DNA from: Candidatus Woesearchaeota archaeon
Lineage (GTDB): Archaea > Nanobdellota > Nanobdellia > Woesearchaeales > UBA10216
Length of the DNA: 64,000 bases
NCBI GenBank assembly: GCA_016180195.1
Contig: JACPBS010000007.1
Span: forward strand, 9,104 to 73,103
Reading direction: 5' to 3'
Both the position numbers and the translations under genes were made by a program. The notes under the pieces were generated by a model. The model was not told where the DNA came from. It searched no databases and worked only from the letters and a program-made list of their open reading frames with translations. Shown here piece after piece: positions 18,704-27,930 of the stretch. Each line of letters opens with the position of its first letter. Within the stretch, counting starts at the first letter, position 1.

Positions 18704-19831
18704 ATGGACATAATAACCGAAGGAAAAGCAAAAATCATGGCAGCGAATTCAGGAAAGATATCAAAGAAGATGGGCGTGTTCTATAACACTGCAATGAAGC
18801 TGAACCGGGACATAAGCATCCTCCTATTGAATTCAATCCCGAAAAAAAAGCTTCAGATAGCAGACCCCCTTGCGGCAACAGGAATAAGAAGCATAAGGAT
18901 GATCATTGAGCTTGAAAAAGGGAAAATGGACAACATAAGCATAAATGACTACTCAAAGAATGCGATTTCTGCTGTCAAAAAAAACCTGAAGCTGAACAAA
19001 ATAAGGATTGACAGCAGGACAAAAATAACTGCAAAAGATGCTAACATTTTCCTTCTAGAAAGCACAGGATTCGACTACATAGACATAGATCCCTACGGGT
19101 ACCCTGGATCGTTCATGGATTCCGCATCCCAAAGGATATCCAGGGAAGGAGTAATAGCGGTTACGGCAACAGATACAGCCGCCCTTTGCGGATCCTCGCC
19201 AGGAGCATGCCAAAGGAAATACTGGGCAAGGCCGATGAGGAACGAGTTCATGCATGAAACCGGGCTTAGGATAATGATCAGGAGGCTTCAACTATCAGCA
19301 ATGCAGCACGAAAAAGCCCTGATTCCCGTGCTTTCATACGGTTACCAGCACTACTTCAGGACCTTTCTAAGATGCAAAAAAGGGCGTGAGGCAGCATCCA
19401 ACATGCATAAAGAACATGGATACATATCATACTGCAGGAAATGCCTGAACCGGGAAAAATCAGAGCTGCCCATCAACAAATGCCCAAGCTGCGGCAGCAA
19501 AATGGATTATGCAGGCCCCTTATGGACTGGGATGATGAATGACAAAGCGATGGCAGATAAGATGCTGAAAAAAGAAAGCCTAAGAATCCTGGAAACTATA
19601 AGGGAAGAGGCAGGGATAAAAGAACCGTGGAGCTACAACATAAACATCATCTGCAGCAAATACTCCCTGAGAAGGCCTCCGAAAATGGAAACAGTGATAA
19701 GCAGGCTCAGGGAAAAAGGCTTCCGGGCATCCAGAACACATCTTGATCCAGGAGGAATAAAAACAGATGCCCAAATAAAGGATATTTTAGAAAGCTTTAA
19801 AAATGTTCAGGGCCAAAGAAGAGGGGAATGA
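18704..19831 (+). CDS. trm1: tRNA (guanine26-N2)-dimethyltransferase Trm1
   Basis: VFYN, NRDIS, ATGIRSIR, DIDPYG, TATD; Zn finger; GPLWTG. Confidence 0.95.
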   Translation: MDIITEGKAKIMAANSGKISKKMGVFYNTAMKLNRDISILLLNSIPKKKLQIADPLAATGIRSIRMIIELEKGKMDNISINDYSKNAISAVKKNLKLNKIRIDSRTKITAKDANIFLLESTGFDYIDIDPYGYPGSFMDSASQRISREGVIAVTATDTAALCGSSPGACQRKYWARPMRNEFMHETGLRIMIRRLQLSAMQHEKALIPVLSYGYQHYFRTFLRCKKGREAASNMHKEHGYISYCRKCLNREKSELPINKCPSCGSKMDYAGPLWTGMMNDKAMADKMLKKESLRILETIREEAGIKEPWSYNINIICSKYSLRRPPKMETVISRLREKGFRASRTHLDPGGIKTDAQIKDILESFKNVQGQRRGE

Positions 19832-20619
19832 TCAGCCTAAACAAGCTCATTATTGCAGTTCTTATCCTCTCAGCAGTCCCTGCAGTCATGATTCTGGAAA
19901 GCAACCTGACCGGGCACGCAGTCAGGCAGGACACAAGCCCCCCTGTGATAACGATAACAAGGCTCTCAGCACTTAACAGCCAGGCAATCATCAAGTGGAG
20001 CACAAACGAAGAGGCAAGCTCCATTTTTAAGGTAGGGAGCAAGTCCGAAATACTCGGCAAGAACACTAATTTTGAGGTAACACTCGAAAACCTGAACCCT
20101 GGAACCGGATACAAATATTCAATATCGGCCTGCGACAAATTCAATAATTGCGGGCAAAAAGAAGGATCATTCACAACAACACAGAAAGCCCAAAAGGCGA
20201 TGCCTTTAACCGGCTCAGCTGTCACTGACATTTCATTGTTGTCAGGAAAGGTCAACATACTGATATTCCTCCTGGTTTCCATAGCAGCATCAGTAATAGT
20301 CATTGGGGGATTTGTTCAGAAAGGAGCCGATTACCTGCCTGCGCCAATGAGGGTTGGAATCATGCTGGACAATGCAGAAACCCTGCTAAGGGAAAAAAAG
20401 CATGAAGAAGTATATGACATCTATGGGAAGATGAGGACAGTTTATGACGGACTCAATGCAAGGGAAAAAGGCAGGTACCAAAGAAGGGCGCTGGATGTTT
20501 ATTCAGAGCTGCTTTCACATACACGGGCAGTCGAGGCCAACATGCTTGTAGACAAATACCTTTCAAGCAGCATAACAAAACAAGAACTGGACAGGCTCAG
20601 GGAACTTCTCGAAATCTAG
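19828..20619 (+). CDS. Membrane protein with an extracellular FN3-like domain
   Basis: N-terminal TM, WSTNEEA...LENLNPGTGYKYSI FN3 pattern, second TM, helical cytoplasmic tail. Confidence 0.75.
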   Translation: MISLNKLIIAVLILSAVPAVMILESNLTGHAVRQDTSPPVITITRLSALNSQAIIKWSTNEEASSIFKVGSKSEILGKNTNFEVTLENLNPGTGYKYSISACDKFNNCGQKEGSFTTTQKAQKAMPLTGSAVTDISLLSGKVNILIFLLVSIAASVIVIGGFVQKGADYLPAPMRVGIMLDNAETLLREKKHEEVYDIYGKMRTVYDGLNAREKGRYQRRALDVYSELLSHTRAVEANMLVDKYLSSSITKQELDRLRELLEI

Positions 20620-20891
20620 CCAACAGCCCGCCTTACATCAATTACTTCCACACTACTCACACCTTCCATCCTGGAGATGCTGTCCTCAAGCGATTCCGTG
20701 CTTCCAATCTTCTCATTCATCACAAAATAGACAATCAGTGCATTCAAGCCAAAAGCCACAGGCTTTATCTCAGCCCTAGCCACATTGCCCCCGAAATCGC
20801 TGATTAAGGAAGACGAACCAGCCTCTAATGCACGCAAATCAATCTCAGTCGAAGAAGGCATTATTCTTAAGGACACAATAACATCAGCCAT
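20616..20891 (-). CDS. ef1b: Elongation factor 1-beta
   Basis: LRIMPSS, PVAFGLNAL, VSSVEV. Confidence 0.93.
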   Translation of the reverse strand: MADVIVSLRIMPSSTEIDLRALEAGSSSLISDFGGNVARAEIKPVAFGLNALIVYFVMNEKIGSTESLEDSISRMEGVSSVEVIDVRRAVG

Positions 20892-20892
20892 T

Positions 20893-21063
20893 TTAATTCG
20901 GGCCCGAAAACCTGCATTCAGGGCAAATATACCTGATGGCAGTCTCCCTGCAGGATGTACACCTAACGATCTCGTACTTGCCGCATGAAGGACAAATGAA
21001 TCTTGTAGTCCCTTTCACATTAGTAACCCGCCTCTTGCAGGACAAACAGTGAATTTCTTCCAT
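20893..21063 (-). CDS. DUF1610 / HVO_2753-like zinc-finger protein; not in ORF track
   Basis: MEEIHCLSCK...FICPSCGKYEIVRCTSCR...YICPECRFSGPN; canonical position upstream of ef1b. Confidence 0.9.
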   Translation of the reverse strand: MEEIHCLSCKRRVTNVKGTTRFICPSCGKYEIVRCTSCRETAIRYICPECRFSGPN

Positions 21064-21143
21064 CAAAAAACCGGAAAAACAGATAATATAAAAAGGTTAT
21101 TAATAAAGAATAACCACCATTAAGTAACAAAACATTTTTAAAC

Positions 21144-22313
21144 TTGGTGCACGAACTTGAATCCATGGACACCTCAAGAGGTAAAATTTACAATGATCTT
21201 GAAGCAGAAATAGGAAACACGCCACTCTACAAGCTATCAAGAATACAGTTCCCGCACGGCAATGAAGTCTATGCAAAAGAAGAATGGCAAAACCCTGGAG
21301 GCAGCCATTATGACAGGGTATTCGTCAAGCTGTTTTATGATTATGAAAAAGCCGGAAAAATAACCCCAGGAAAAACCCCGGTCGTAGAGACAACATCAGG
21401 CAGCGCAGGCGTCTCATTCGCCAGACTCGGAAGACTTCTTGGATACCAATGCCTGGTCATCTGCCCTGAAAACCTTTCAGCAAGAATCGAAGCAATACAA
21501 AATGAAGGTGCTGAAGTAAGACTAACACCTAAAAAAGAGTATGTAGAAGGCTCTGCAGCAGCGCTGAGAAAGCCGGTAAAAAAGGAAAACAAGGAAAGGC
21601 TCAGATCGGGGAAGCCTCCATACTTTCCAATAAACCATTCACAACTCGAAATGTCTGCAACAGCAGTTGAAGCTGCTGTCAACGAAGCAGCAGAACAGGC
21701 ATTGCAGCAATATGGAATAAAATTCGATTTGGCAATAGCAGCAGGAGGCAATGGGACAACTGCCCTCGGTTTTGGAAGGGCTGCAAAAAGACACGGAATC
21801 CCCCTGGTACTGTGGGAATCGCTTGGATCGGGTCTATACTTCAACAAAAAATTCGGGGAAGGAGCATTCCAATACAAATACGGATTAAACCCGGGGGAAC
21901 TATCAACTCAGGTAGGCCACGCCATATACGGCACAGTTTACGGGCCAACCTCATTTAAACTGCCAAACGTCGACAGGGCTTTTGAAGAGGGTGTTTTGGA
22001 TAATGTAAGAATCGTTGCTGACGAAACAACCAAAAGAAGAGCATTGGTGAACGCTCAGACCAGAAAATTTGACCCAAGAATAGGCAGCCTGTCCGAAGCA
22101 ACTATAAGCCCTCCCTTTTCCAACAATCAAGAACCAAACCTGCGGAGAATAAAAACAATAGAGCCTGTTGTTGAACTTTTAAAAGATACTGAAGGAAAGC
22201 CTGTTGGCAGATCGTCTGCAGGGAACATAGCGATGCTGCTGGATGAACACTGGAATATTGCCGGATTCAGGAATGTGCTGACCTTTTTCTACGATGCATT
22301 AAGCAGGTACTGA
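21144..22313 (+). CDS. Fold-type II PLP enzyme homolog (cysteine synthase-like) lacking the Schiff-base lysine
   Basis: IGNTPL, YAKEEWQNPGGSHYDR, ETTSGSAG, GGNGTT, GRSSAGN. Confidence 0.8.
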   Translation: MVHELESMDTSRGKIYNDLEAEIGNTPLYKLSRIQFPHGNEVYAKEEWQNPGGSHYDRVFVKLFYDYEKAGKITPGKTPVVETTSGSAGVSFARLGRLLGYQCLVICPENLSARIEAIQNEGAEVRLTPKKEYVEGSAAALRKPVKKENKERLRSGKPPYFPINHSQLEMSATAVEAAVNEAAEQALQQYGIKFDLAIAAGGNGTTALGFGRAAKRHGIPLVLWESLGSGLYFNKKFGEGAFQYKYGLNPGELSTQVGHAIYGTVYGPTSFKLPNVDRAFEEGVLDNVRIVADETTKRRALVNAQTRKFDPRIGSLSEATISPPFSNNQEPNLRRIKTIEPVVELLKDTEGKPVGRSSAGNIAMLLDEHWNIAGFRNVLTFFYDALSRY

Positions 22314-22320
22314 AGAAAAA

Positions 22321-22328
22321 TTTATAAA
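22321..22328 (+). promoter_or_regulatory. TATA box
   Basis: TTTATAAA ending 22 nt before ATG 22351. Confidence 0.5.
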
Positions 22329-22350
22329 TAACCAATGGAAGAATAGAATC

Positions 22351-23259
22351 ATGGGAGTGAAAAATGGGGGGAAGCCTAAACCGAAGGCTAAACATAAATC
22401 AGACAAGAAAATCCAGGCTCCAGAACTTTCTAAAGATGTCCAGCCCGAATTCTACTTCTGGCTAAGCGACGGAAGGGTCATAAAAAATGCTGCAGAACTA
22501 GCAGAGGCCGCAAAATGCATGAGTGATGAAATCTTCTCCTACCACACCAATCCGAGGAAAAATGACTTCGCAGACTGGATAAGGGACATAGTCAAGAACG
22601 AAGATCTGGCATTTCAGGTTAGAAAGGCAAAAAACAGGAAGGAGCTTGAGGAAGCAATAAGAAAATCCGGCGCCAAAAAAACCCATGCCCCAGTCGAACC
22701 TGAACCAAAAAAGGAACAAGTGGAAGAAAGCAATATCGAGAAAATAATCAAGACAAAGCAAACTGAAAAGCCAATTCAAAAAACCCAGCATGAAAAAACC
22801 GAATCACAAGCATCAACCATTGAAAGCCTTAGAAAAAGGGAAGAAGAACTGATCAAGGCGGAGACAAGGCTAAGCGAAGAAGAACAAAAGCTCTACCAGC
22901 TAAAGATCGAACTGACCAAAAAAAGGTTCGAAGTCCTGAAAAAACGCGGCGAACTGGAAAAGGAGATGTTCGAGCACTTCATGGAAACAAAGGCAGAAAA
23001 AATAAGCGAAGAAACAAAACCAACACTAAACAACCGCATTGTACAGGACATAGGAAAGGAGAGGATAGAATCGCTGCTTTCCGAAGCAAAAGAAACCATG
23101 GCCCAAGGCAGGATAGACGAAGCAACCAGGAAATACCTCCAGGCTTCAGACATGTTCAGCAGAAGCCCGATAAGGCCTGATGAAAAAAACGCGCTAAGAT
23201 TCAAGATAATGGAGCTTGAAGCGGATATTAAGCTGGCAGGATTAAAGAAAATTGCCTAA
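22351..23259 (+). CDS. DUF5752-like domain plus coiled-coil protein
   Basis: FWLSDGRVIKN...FSYH...NDFADWIRD. Confidence 0.7.
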   Translation: MGVKNGGKPKPKAKHKSDKKIQAPELSKDVQPEFYFWLSDGRVIKNAAELAEAAKCMSDEIFSYHTNPRKNDFADWIRDIVKNEDLAFQVRKAKNRKELEEAIRKSGAKKTHAPVEPEPKKEQVEESNIEKIIKTKQTEKPIQKTQHEKTESQASTIESLRKREEELIKAETRLSEEEQKLYQLKIELTKKRFEVLKKRGELEKEMFEHFMETKAEKISEETKPTLNNRIVQDIGKERIESLLSEAKETMAQGRIDEATRKYLQASDMFSRSPIRPDEKNALRFKIMELEADIKLAGLKKIA

Positions 23260-23291
23260 TCCTGCAGCAGTCATTTCAACCAAAAAAAAAA

Positions 23292-24371
23292 TCAGGCACT
23301 AATAACATTTCCCTCTACCCTGAAGCACTTACCCAGGAACTGCTCAATAACATAGATGTTAGCAAGGCAGTGCGGAGTCACCTGTGAAACCCTTATTCGG
23401 CCCCCGAAAAGCGCAAGAAATGGAAGAAGCTGGTCAGCCTTGTATTTGTCAACAGGCGCTCCACTGCTAATTTCGCTGACAAGCGACTCTGCAGCCTCCC
23501 TCCCAACATCCTCAGCCCTCTTACCCCTCGCGCCCAACGAATCAGACCCGAGAATGCACGGGTTTTTCTGATCAATTTCGCCCCTCAAATTGGTGAATTC
23601 AGCCCATAGGCATATCCCAGAGCCTGTAGAAAGCGAATCCGAATATGATGACTGGATAATAACAGGACAGCCTAAATCAGACAGGCCTCTTTTGGCTGCC
23701 AAAGCCTGCCTTTCAGCCACAGAGCTTTTCTGCAGATCCAAAGATGCATGCGACACTCCCTTGATAACCGCAAGGCTCCCCCTCTCCACCAGGTCAATCC
23801 TCTTTCCTGAGAGACAAGCCTTAAAGTCTCCAAAAGAACTGAAGTCACAAACCCTGTGCTCAGGGATAACCACAACCTCAGCCATGCCTCCACCCTTTGG
23901 ATAATACCCCCTTCTCTCCAATGAAACATCAAACCTTGAGCAAAAAGGAGCCAGATTAGGCATTAAAACCTCCCTGAAATAATCAAAAGGCTCGCTCCAC
24001 GGAACATCTGTGCCCCCAAAAAGCTTAAGCCTGACCTTGCCTGTCCCGAAGATCAGCGGAACGAGAGCCGCCTGCAATACAAGCGTAATCGAGCCTGCTG
24101 TGCCGACATCAACAGACAAAGTCCTCGATTCCATCTTCCCCGGAAAAAAAGCCAACCTCTCAGAACCAATAACAGCACCCTCAGCTTTCGCGCCCGAGAG
24201 GTTTTCCAAGACCTCAACGCATTTCAAATGCTGAGCCTTGATACCCGAATCGCACCGTCCCCTTCTGATATTCATAATTTCAAAAGAGGCCCCAGTCAGG
24301 GTGGAAAGGCCCAAAGCAGTCCTGACAAGCTGGCCTCCACCTTCCCCAAAACCCCCATCAAGACAAATCAT
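23292..24371 (-). CDS. rtcA: RNA 3'-terminal phosphate cyclase
   Basis: Start re-called to MICLDGG; GEGGGQ, GGTDV, RRGYYPKGGG, ADQL; catalytic His in TPHCLAN. Confidence 0.95.
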   Translation of the reverse strand: MICLDGGFGEGGGQLVRTALGLSTLTGASFEIMNIRRGRCDSGIKAQHLKCVEVLENLSGAKAEGAVIGSERLAFFPGKMESRTLSVDVGTAGSITLVLQAALVPLIFGTGKVRLKLFGGTDVPWSEPFDYFREVLMPNLAPFCSRFDVSLERRGYYPKGGGMAEVVVIPEHRVCDFSSFGDFKACLSGKRIDLVERGSLAVIKGVSHASLDLQKSSVAERQALAAKRGLSDLGCPVIIQSSYSDSLSTGSGICLWAEFTNLRGEIDQKNPCILGSDSLGARGKRAEDVGREAAESLVSEISSGAPVDKYKADQLLPFLALFGGRIRVSQVTPHCLANIYVIEQFLGKCFRVEGNVISA

Positions 24372-24438
24372 CCCGGCAGGTAAGGAAGCCTTATTTAAAA
24401 ACGCAATGTTTAAATTAAATAACCCCGAATTTTTGGGC

Positions 24439-25422
24439 ATGCTAAAGTACATGTTAACAGGCGACGGCCTGGTAACAAAAAATGACAAGCCAGATTACAG
24501 GCTGCCCAGGAAAGGAGAGATCCTCTGGATATTCCTCATAGAGCCTACAAGCGAAGAGATCTCAAAGGCTACAAAAGACCTTAAGATAGAGAAAAAGCCT
24601 TTTGATTTGTTCAGCAAGGAAAAGCACTCAGTAAGGTACTCCATGGACCCGTTCCAATTCGTAATCGTGGACTATTTCATCGAAAACGGAAGGGTTGACC
24701 ACGCACATCTGCTGTTCACAATCAAAGACAACATACTCCTGCTTGTGTCAAACAGAAACGCAAGATACTTTCACGACCTTTTTGAAGACATCACGTCCAA
24801 CATCAAGAACAACAGAATCCGCGTAAAAGGGATAGGAAATGTCCTTAACCTTTTTCTCCAGTTCGATATCGAGGAAAATTACGACGTACTGGAAAAAACC
24901 GAGGAAGAGATCCGGCTAATCGAGGAAAGGGTGGCAAATTATGAAAAAAGCATGTCAATAAACGGAAAGGACATAATAAAATTCAAAAGGAAGCTGTTCC
25001 TCATGGGAAGGCGCTTCTGGGCTTCAACAAAAATAATCTTCCTGCTCAAAGCAGGCTTCACAAATGTCAAGCTCGACAAGGAGACAAGCAAGCTCCTTGT
25101 TGACGTCCATGACACATTCCTGCACCAGATAGACCTCGTGACAGCACAGAAAGAAATGCTAAGCGACCTCATGAACGTATACTCAACAAGCATAAACAAC
25201 AAGCTTGCAACAATCTCGAATGAATTGAACCAGACCATGAAAACGCTCTCGTCATTCGCGCTAATAATGCTCCTGCCTACGCTAATCGCGAGCATATACG
25301 GAATGAACTTCGAGCACATGCCTTTCCTCAAAAGCCAATACGGATTCTTTATTGCAGTTATCTCCATGATATTAACAGTCTTTGCCCTCGTATATTTCTT
25401 CAGGAAAAAAAGCTGGCTTTGA
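24439..25422 (+). CDS. corA: CorA Mg2+/Co2+ transporter
   Basis: Start re-called to MLKYML; YGMNF signature, MP loop, two C-terminal TMs. Confidence 0.93.
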   Translation: MLKYMLTGDGLVTKNDKPDYRLPRKGEILWIFLIEPTSEEISKATKDLKIEKKPFDLFSKEKHSVRYSMDPFQFVIVDYFIENGRVDHAHLLFTIKDNILLLVSNRNARYFHDLFEDITSNIKNNRIRVKGIGNVLNLFLQFDIEENYDVLEKTEEEIRLIEERVANYEKSMSINGKDIIKFKRKLFLMGRRFWASTKIIFLLKAGFTNVKLDKETSKLLVDVHDTFLHQIDLVTAQKEMLSDLMNVYSTSINNKLATISNELNQTMKTLSSFALIMLLPTLIASIYGMNFEHMPFLKSQYGFFIAVISMILTVFALVYFFRKKSWL

Positions 25423-25472
25423 ATAGATTTAAATACCAAATAGGGCTTATAGACAAAAGGGGGTGAAAAAAA

Positions 25473-26582
25473 CTGAACAAGCCGATAATCGTGGGAATGG
25501 ATCCCGGAACCACTTCCAGCTACGCCATACTTGATGTCAATGGAAACACCATAAAAACCAGGTCAGCCAGGCAACTGGACATAAACACAATGCTTTCTGA
25601 GATATCGAGCGAGGGAACTGCAATCGCAATAGGCACGGACAAGAAAAACTGCCCCTCAATAATACAGAAATTCTCATCAAAAACAGGGGCGAAAATAATT
25701 TCGCCGCATGAAGACCTTGCGATAAGGGAAAAGCTGGAGCTGACAAAGGGCAAGGAGTACAGGAATGAGCATGAGAGAGACGCGCTTGCATGCGCAATAA
25801 AAGCATACAAAGAACTTCAGCCCCTGCTATGGAAAATAGACAAGACCCTGAAACAAAGCGAAAAAATGCATCTAAGGGAGAAAGTGACAAGGCTTGTGAT
25901 TACAAAAAAGACAAGCATTAACAACGCAATAGAAAGGCTTTCCGAAACCCCCAAGATAGAAGAGAAAATAAAACAGCCTGTGAAACCGACAAACAACAAA
26001 AAGACAGACACTGATAAGATACTCTCCCTGAAAAGAACAAACCAGATCCTAAAAATTCAAAATACCGAACTTAAAAAAGCCCTAAGCGCAAAGCAAAGAG
26101 CAATCAAACCTAAACCAAGAAAAGACATCATACTTGACTCATTGTGGCGAGTGATAAGGGACTACAAAGCGGCAAACACGAAGCTACAGGAAAGCATAAC
26201 TATAACCAACAAAATGATTTCGCTGGCCAACGGGAAATTCATACTCAAAAAATTGGGCAACCTGGGCAGCGAGGAATACAGCAAGAAACAATTTGAAATA
26301 AACCAGGGGGATATCATCCTCGTGGAAGATCCAAATATCATAAGCCAAAGCACAATCGAACGTATAAGGGGAAAGGTGCAACTGATAATACATAAAATGC
26401 CAACAAACTCCGGAATAAGCGAAAAAATAGGCATAAGAATGATAAGCTCGGAAAGGCTGAGGCTCTTAGAGAATGATTTTTTCGCCCTTGCAGACCCCAA
26501 TGAGCTGGAAAGGGAGAAGGCAAGAGGAGACTTACTATCGAACATAATAGAATCATACAGAAAGGAAAGAACAGCACAATGA
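25473..26582 (+). CDS. DUF460 family protein (RNase H-like N-terminus plus coiled coil)
   Basis: IIVGMDPGTT, IAIGTDK, NEHERDALA; probable CTG start behind a GGGGTGA SD. Confidence 0.85.
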   Translation: MNKPIIVGMDPGTTSSYAILDVNGNTIKTRSARQLDINTMLSEISSEGTAIAIGTDKKNCPSIIQKFSSKTGAKIISPHEDLAIREKLELTKGKEYRNEHERDALACAIKAYKELQPLLWKIDKTLKQSEKMHLREKVTRLVITKKTSINNAIERLSETPKIEEKIKQPVKPTNNKKTDTDKILSLKRTNQILKIQNTELKKALSAKQRAIKPKPRKDIILDSLWRVIRDYKAANTKLQESITITNKMISLANGKFILKKLGNLGSEEYSKKQFEINQGDIILVEDPNIISQSTIERIRGKVQLIIHKMPTNSGISEKIGIRMISSERLRLLENDFFALADPNELEREKARGDLLSNIIESYRKERTAQ

Positions 26583-27013
26583 CAAAAAACCATCCTTTAA
26601 GGATAATCGGATCAATAGCACTCGGAATCGTGGTTTACGTACTTATCATAGTTGTGCTCACACCCTTGCTTTCACCACCAGGAATGATGGGCATGATGAA
26701 CCCCAACTATCTCACAGTCAACATAACATCCCTGCTTATCGGCCTGCTTGCAGGAACCGCATTCTACATGATTACAGGCCCAAAATCAACAGAAGGGATG
26801 GAATCAATAAAAAAAGCACTTTCTGCTGATGAAGCCGCAGTTATAGAGCAGCTGGAGAAAGAGACTGAAATAACCCAGGACTCGCTAAGGTTCAGGCTTG
26901 GATGGAGCAAAGCAAAAACAAGCACTGTGCTCACAAACCTGGACAAGAAAGGACTCATACAGAGGGAAAGGCTAGGCAAAACATACAATGTTTTCCTGGC
27001 AAAAACGGTATGA
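26579..27013 (+). CDS. Membrane-anchored winged-helix (MarR-like) regulator
   Basis: Two TMs with a GMMGMM loop; ITQDSLRFRLGWSKAKTSTVLTNLDKKGLIQRERLGKT. Confidence 0.85.
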   Translation: MTKNHPLRIIGSIALGIVVYVLIIVVLTPLLSPPGMMGMMNPNYLTVNITSLLIGLLAGTAFYMITGPKSTEGMESIKKALSADEAAVIEQLEKETEITQDSLRFRLGWSKAKTSTVLTNLDKKGLIQRERLGKTYNVFLAKTV

Positions 27014-27077
27014 AAACGGTCAAGGCAGCAAAGAAGAAATACTCAGAGTTCTTAAATGCTCAAAGAGGTGAACGAAA

Positions 27078-27350
27078 ATGGAAACAAAAAAGATAGCAGT
27101 GATGGCCGCTATACTGGCCGTTATAATGGTCATGGCAGTAGTTGCAGCTTCAGCCGTGAGCAACAACATGAACCAGGAAATGATGAACAACAAGGAGATG
27201 GAAGGAATGATGAACAACAAGGATATGATGGAAGGAATGATGAACAACAACATGAATCAAGGAATGATGAACATGCATAACATGAATCAAGGAATGAACA
27301 ACAGCTCACTTGAGGAAATGCATGAGCAATGCGAAAAAATGATGGGCTAA
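27078..27350 (+). CDS. Secreted Met/Asn-rich repeat peptide
   Basis: Signal/anchor, repeated MMNN(K/N) units, C-terminal MHEQCEKMM; GAGGTGA SD. Confidence 0.8.
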   Translation: METKKIAVMAAILAVIMVMAVVAASAVSNNMNQEMMNNKEMEGMMNNKDMMEGMMNNNMNQGMMNMHNMNQGMNNSSLEEMHEQCEKMMG

Positions 27351-27682
27351 TCTTTTCTATATTTCTTAAGGCATTCACAGAGCCTATAGCCCCTGTTCAA
27401 AGCAACCCTTTTAGACCTGAAAACCAATGTGTTCTTAGGAAGCATGCGCTTCGCAAAAGGGCAACCCTGATCATGCAAAAGGTCTGTGCTTTTGCCGGCA
27501 ATAAACCTGGAAACCTTCTTGACACCGCCTGGAACCCTTGACAAGCTACCAATAAGCTTGCCATTCATCTCAGAAAGCTCATGTATATCCGCCTTCAGCC
27601 TTGACACCATAGCCTTAAGGCCTGCAATCTCCCTCTTCGCAACCATGAATGAAGCCCGGACATTATCCTCAAAGTTCGCCAT
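27347..27682 (-). CDS. Coiled-coil plus Ada-type Zn-binding domain protein
   Basis: LHDQGCPFAKRM...F.SK..A...GYRLCEC. Confidence 0.7.
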   Translation of the reverse strand: MANFEDNVRASFMVAKREIAGLKAMVSRLKADIHELSEMNGKLIGSLSRVPGGVKKVSRFIAGKSTDLLHDQGCPFAKRMLPKNTLVFRSKRVALNRGYRLCECLKKYRKD

Positions 27683-27683
27683 T

Positions 27684-27854
27684 TTACAGCCTCTTTCTTA
27701 TTCGCCCAAACTGGTCTACAATCCTTTTCTGATCATTCTTCAGCTTTTCAATGTCCGTAGCCATTCGAGCAAGATTCAGCCTTACATCAGAAATGTCCTT
27801 CTTCACCAAGGCAAATGAAGCCCTCGTGTTCTCAAGCACCTTATTAAGATCCAT
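27684..27854 (-). CDS. 56-aa coiled-coil protein; not in ORF track
   Basis: MDLNKVLENTRASFALVKKDISDVRLNLARMATDIEKLKNDQKRIVDQFGRIRKRL; stop 1 nt before the next ATG. Confidence 0.75.
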   Translation of the reverse strand: MDLNKVLENTRASFALVKKDISDVRLNLARMATDIEKLKNDQKRIVDQFGRIRKRL

Positions 27855-27930
27855 GAAGCCAGAAAACCTTCAAAATTTATAAATTTTCCCAATAAAGCTT
27901 ATATATGTACGCAAGTTCATCAAAAACAGA

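Noticed and set aside
23292-24371. RtcA possibly inactive (DKYKADQ instead of a His-containing motif)
   Set aside because: The adenylated His lies downstream and is present (TPHCLAN).
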